Notes under the pieces: generated by a model
Database searches by the model: none
The model's input: the letters and a program-made list of their open reading frames with translations, nothing else
Told to the model about the DNA's origin: nothing
Translations under genes and position numbers: made by a program
Part shown: positions 62,543-64,000 of the stretch, piece after piece
Layout: every line of letters starts with the position of its first letter
How positions within the stretch are numbered: the first letter of the stretch is position 1
From: an uncultured Candidatus Saccharibacteria bacterium
GTDB taxonomy: Bacteria > Patescibacteriota > Saccharimonadia > Saccharimonadales > JAGQNK01
Direction: 5' to 3'
Assembly: GCA_964636435.1 (NCBI GenBank)
Contig: CAZWRS010000002.1
Span: 296-64,295 of the forward strand
Length of the DNA: 64,000 nucleotides

Positions 62543-64000
62543 ATGAGCTATGAGTTTTTACCGGCTTACGCAGAGCGTACCCACGGCCTTGTTAGCGACC
62601 CCATAGTCGCCAATGATGTGATTGAAAAACGTAACCTCGGCCCTGAGGTGCTCGATGATTTGGCCCGCCTGCAGCAGGAGCTCAATACGCGCTTAGAAGA
62701 AATGACTCAATCGATCTCTCGGGATTTTATACAAGATGCGCTCAATAGAGGCCCACAATGGGGTCCGGAAGCATCGACTACCGATGTTGGCCCGGCTGAA
62801 TACCAAGAGCCGGAACCAGGCGTGTTGACTAAGGACAAAGAGGCTTTTGCGCAATTGCATGGCGCTGAATTTTGGGATGAGGCGGCAAAAGTAGCGGGTG
62901 AGATCACTAAGAATACACTGAAGCAGGTATCAGACGGCGTCCAGGTTGCTAAGGAAGAGTCCGTGGCGCTCGCTACTGGTGTCAAAAATGAGCTTGTGGG
63001 CGGTGCGAAATCTTTTGCAAAGCCTTTTAAGGCGTTCGCACATTCAGCCAGTGATCCGCAGGTCCGCAGAGAGGCTATCGAGCTTGCTCGAGCTGACAAG
63101 CAGAGGCTTATTGATGCCGCGCATGCATACATTGAGGAGTATCATATAACTCCGCGTGAGCTCGGCGTGACCGGGCTGGCATCGGCGTTAATGCTCATGG
63201 GTGCTTATGGCTTGATAGAGAATGATAAAAACGTTAACTCTGAAATTGCCCTGGGCGAAGGCGCCGTGCCGGCCTTTATGTATGAACACACGAGTGACGC
63301 GACAGTTATAACTGTGCCTGGATTAAATTCTGGCAACCAGGATCCTGTGGCATCAGCTGGCGACATACAAGGTTTACTCATGGATGAAGACGGCAATGTG
63401 CCGGATGTCACCATTGAAGATGATAAAATCACTATTTCTGGCCACCTGAGCGAAGCAGCGCTGCCATTTGTCGCTGCGGTTGCGCTTCATCCAGACGATG
63501 AGCCTCGGCAGCCTTCTGAGCTAGAGCAGCCTGCAGACCTCGTCACTTCAGCTACACCGCAGGTGTCTGATGCTCCAGCGGCGCCAGCCACGCCCGAAGT
63601 TTCATCGCAGACTCCTGAGCATGAGCAGGTGAGTCCTGAGGTTCAGGCCGTGAATAACGCTTTAGCAGAAATTAAACTCGGTCATAATAATAATCTCGAT
63701 ACGCTCGTTCAGGCTGTCACGAACATGTATGCGGCATATGCGCCGAACGACAAAGATCGACCGTCTGATATGCCCGAGGGTTACGTGAAGTTCATGCTGC
63801 CACACGAAGCCAATGGAATTAGTGTGCCTTTTACGATTGCTCAGCGTACAGCAGATAATGAACGTTATACATCGCCCCACATGGCTGCGGTTCAGTATGC
63901 TACGGCAAAGCTATACCAAGACCTCATAAAGTCTGAGTTCAAGCACCTGCAAGGTGATATGCTGCGCGTTCGTGACCTGAACTCGCCAGGCCACAAAACA
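62543..64000 (+). CDS. Large membrane-associated protein, runs off window end; possible MepA-like peptidase domain begins at the edge
   Basis: Frame open from ATG 62543 to the window end (absent from the track as it has no stop); GGAGAGGT SD; hydrophobic LGVTGLASALMLMGAYGLI; ends LRVRDLNSPGHKT. Confidence 0.75.
   Translation, partial: MSYEFLPAYAERTHGLVSDPIVANDVIEKRNLGPEVLDDLARLQQELNTRLEEMTQSISRDFIQDALNRGPQWGPEASTTDVGPAEYQEPEPGVLTKDKEAFAQLHGAEFWDEAAKVAGEITKNTLKQVSDGVQVAKEESVALATGVKNELVGGAKSFAKPFKAFAHSASDPQVRREAIELARADKQRLIDAAHAYIEEYHITPRELGVTGLASALMLMGAYGLIENDKNVNSEIALGEGAVPAFMYEHTSDATVITVPGLNSGNQDPVASAGDIQGLLMDEDGNVPDVTIEDDKITISGHLSEAALPFVAAVALHPDDEPRQPSELEQPADLVTSATPQVSDAPAAPATPEVSSQTPEHEQVSPEVQAVNNALAEIKLGHNNNLDTLVQAVTNMYAAYAPNDKDRPSDMPEGYVKFMLPHEANGISVPFTIAQRTADNERYTSPHMAAVQYATAKLYQDLIKSEFKHLQGDMLRVRDLNSPGHKT

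Overview
Chromosomal segment of a Patescibacteria/CPR bacterium, most likely Saccharibacteria (TM7). This is inferred from gene content: short AlaS lacking the C-Ala domain, a pyk-pgk-tpiA cluster, an FtsA-like/baseplate-J-like gene pair, pilin-like domains and orphan biosynthetic genes. Genetic code 11 (TGA is a stop). About 60 CDS, mostly on the + strand, plus one tmRNA. No CRISPR, IS or prophage was seen. Housekeeping genes include pcrA, rsmA, typA, metG, tatD, iscS, mnmA, alaS, ruvX, mltG, obgE, sbcB, uvrA, rplY and trhO. Strongest candidates for an undescribed system: (1) a divergent F1-like ATPase operon (b-like, delta-like, alpha, gamma, beta, short epsilon) with no a or c subunit and an altered beta nucleotide pocket, lying between iscS and mnmA; (2) an FtsA-like ATPase paired with a membrane protein carrying a baseplate-J/gp47-like domain, between alaS and ruvX-mltG, with no ftsZ or phage genes nearby. 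Also notable: widespread apparently leaderless genes, structured leaders ahead of cell-wall hydrolase genes, sortase-type surface proteins, a His/Lys/Tyr-rich coat-like protein, a probable 2H phosphoesterase, several small ORFs missing from the track, and three single-base frameshifts. All calls are from reading motifs by eye; no searches were run.
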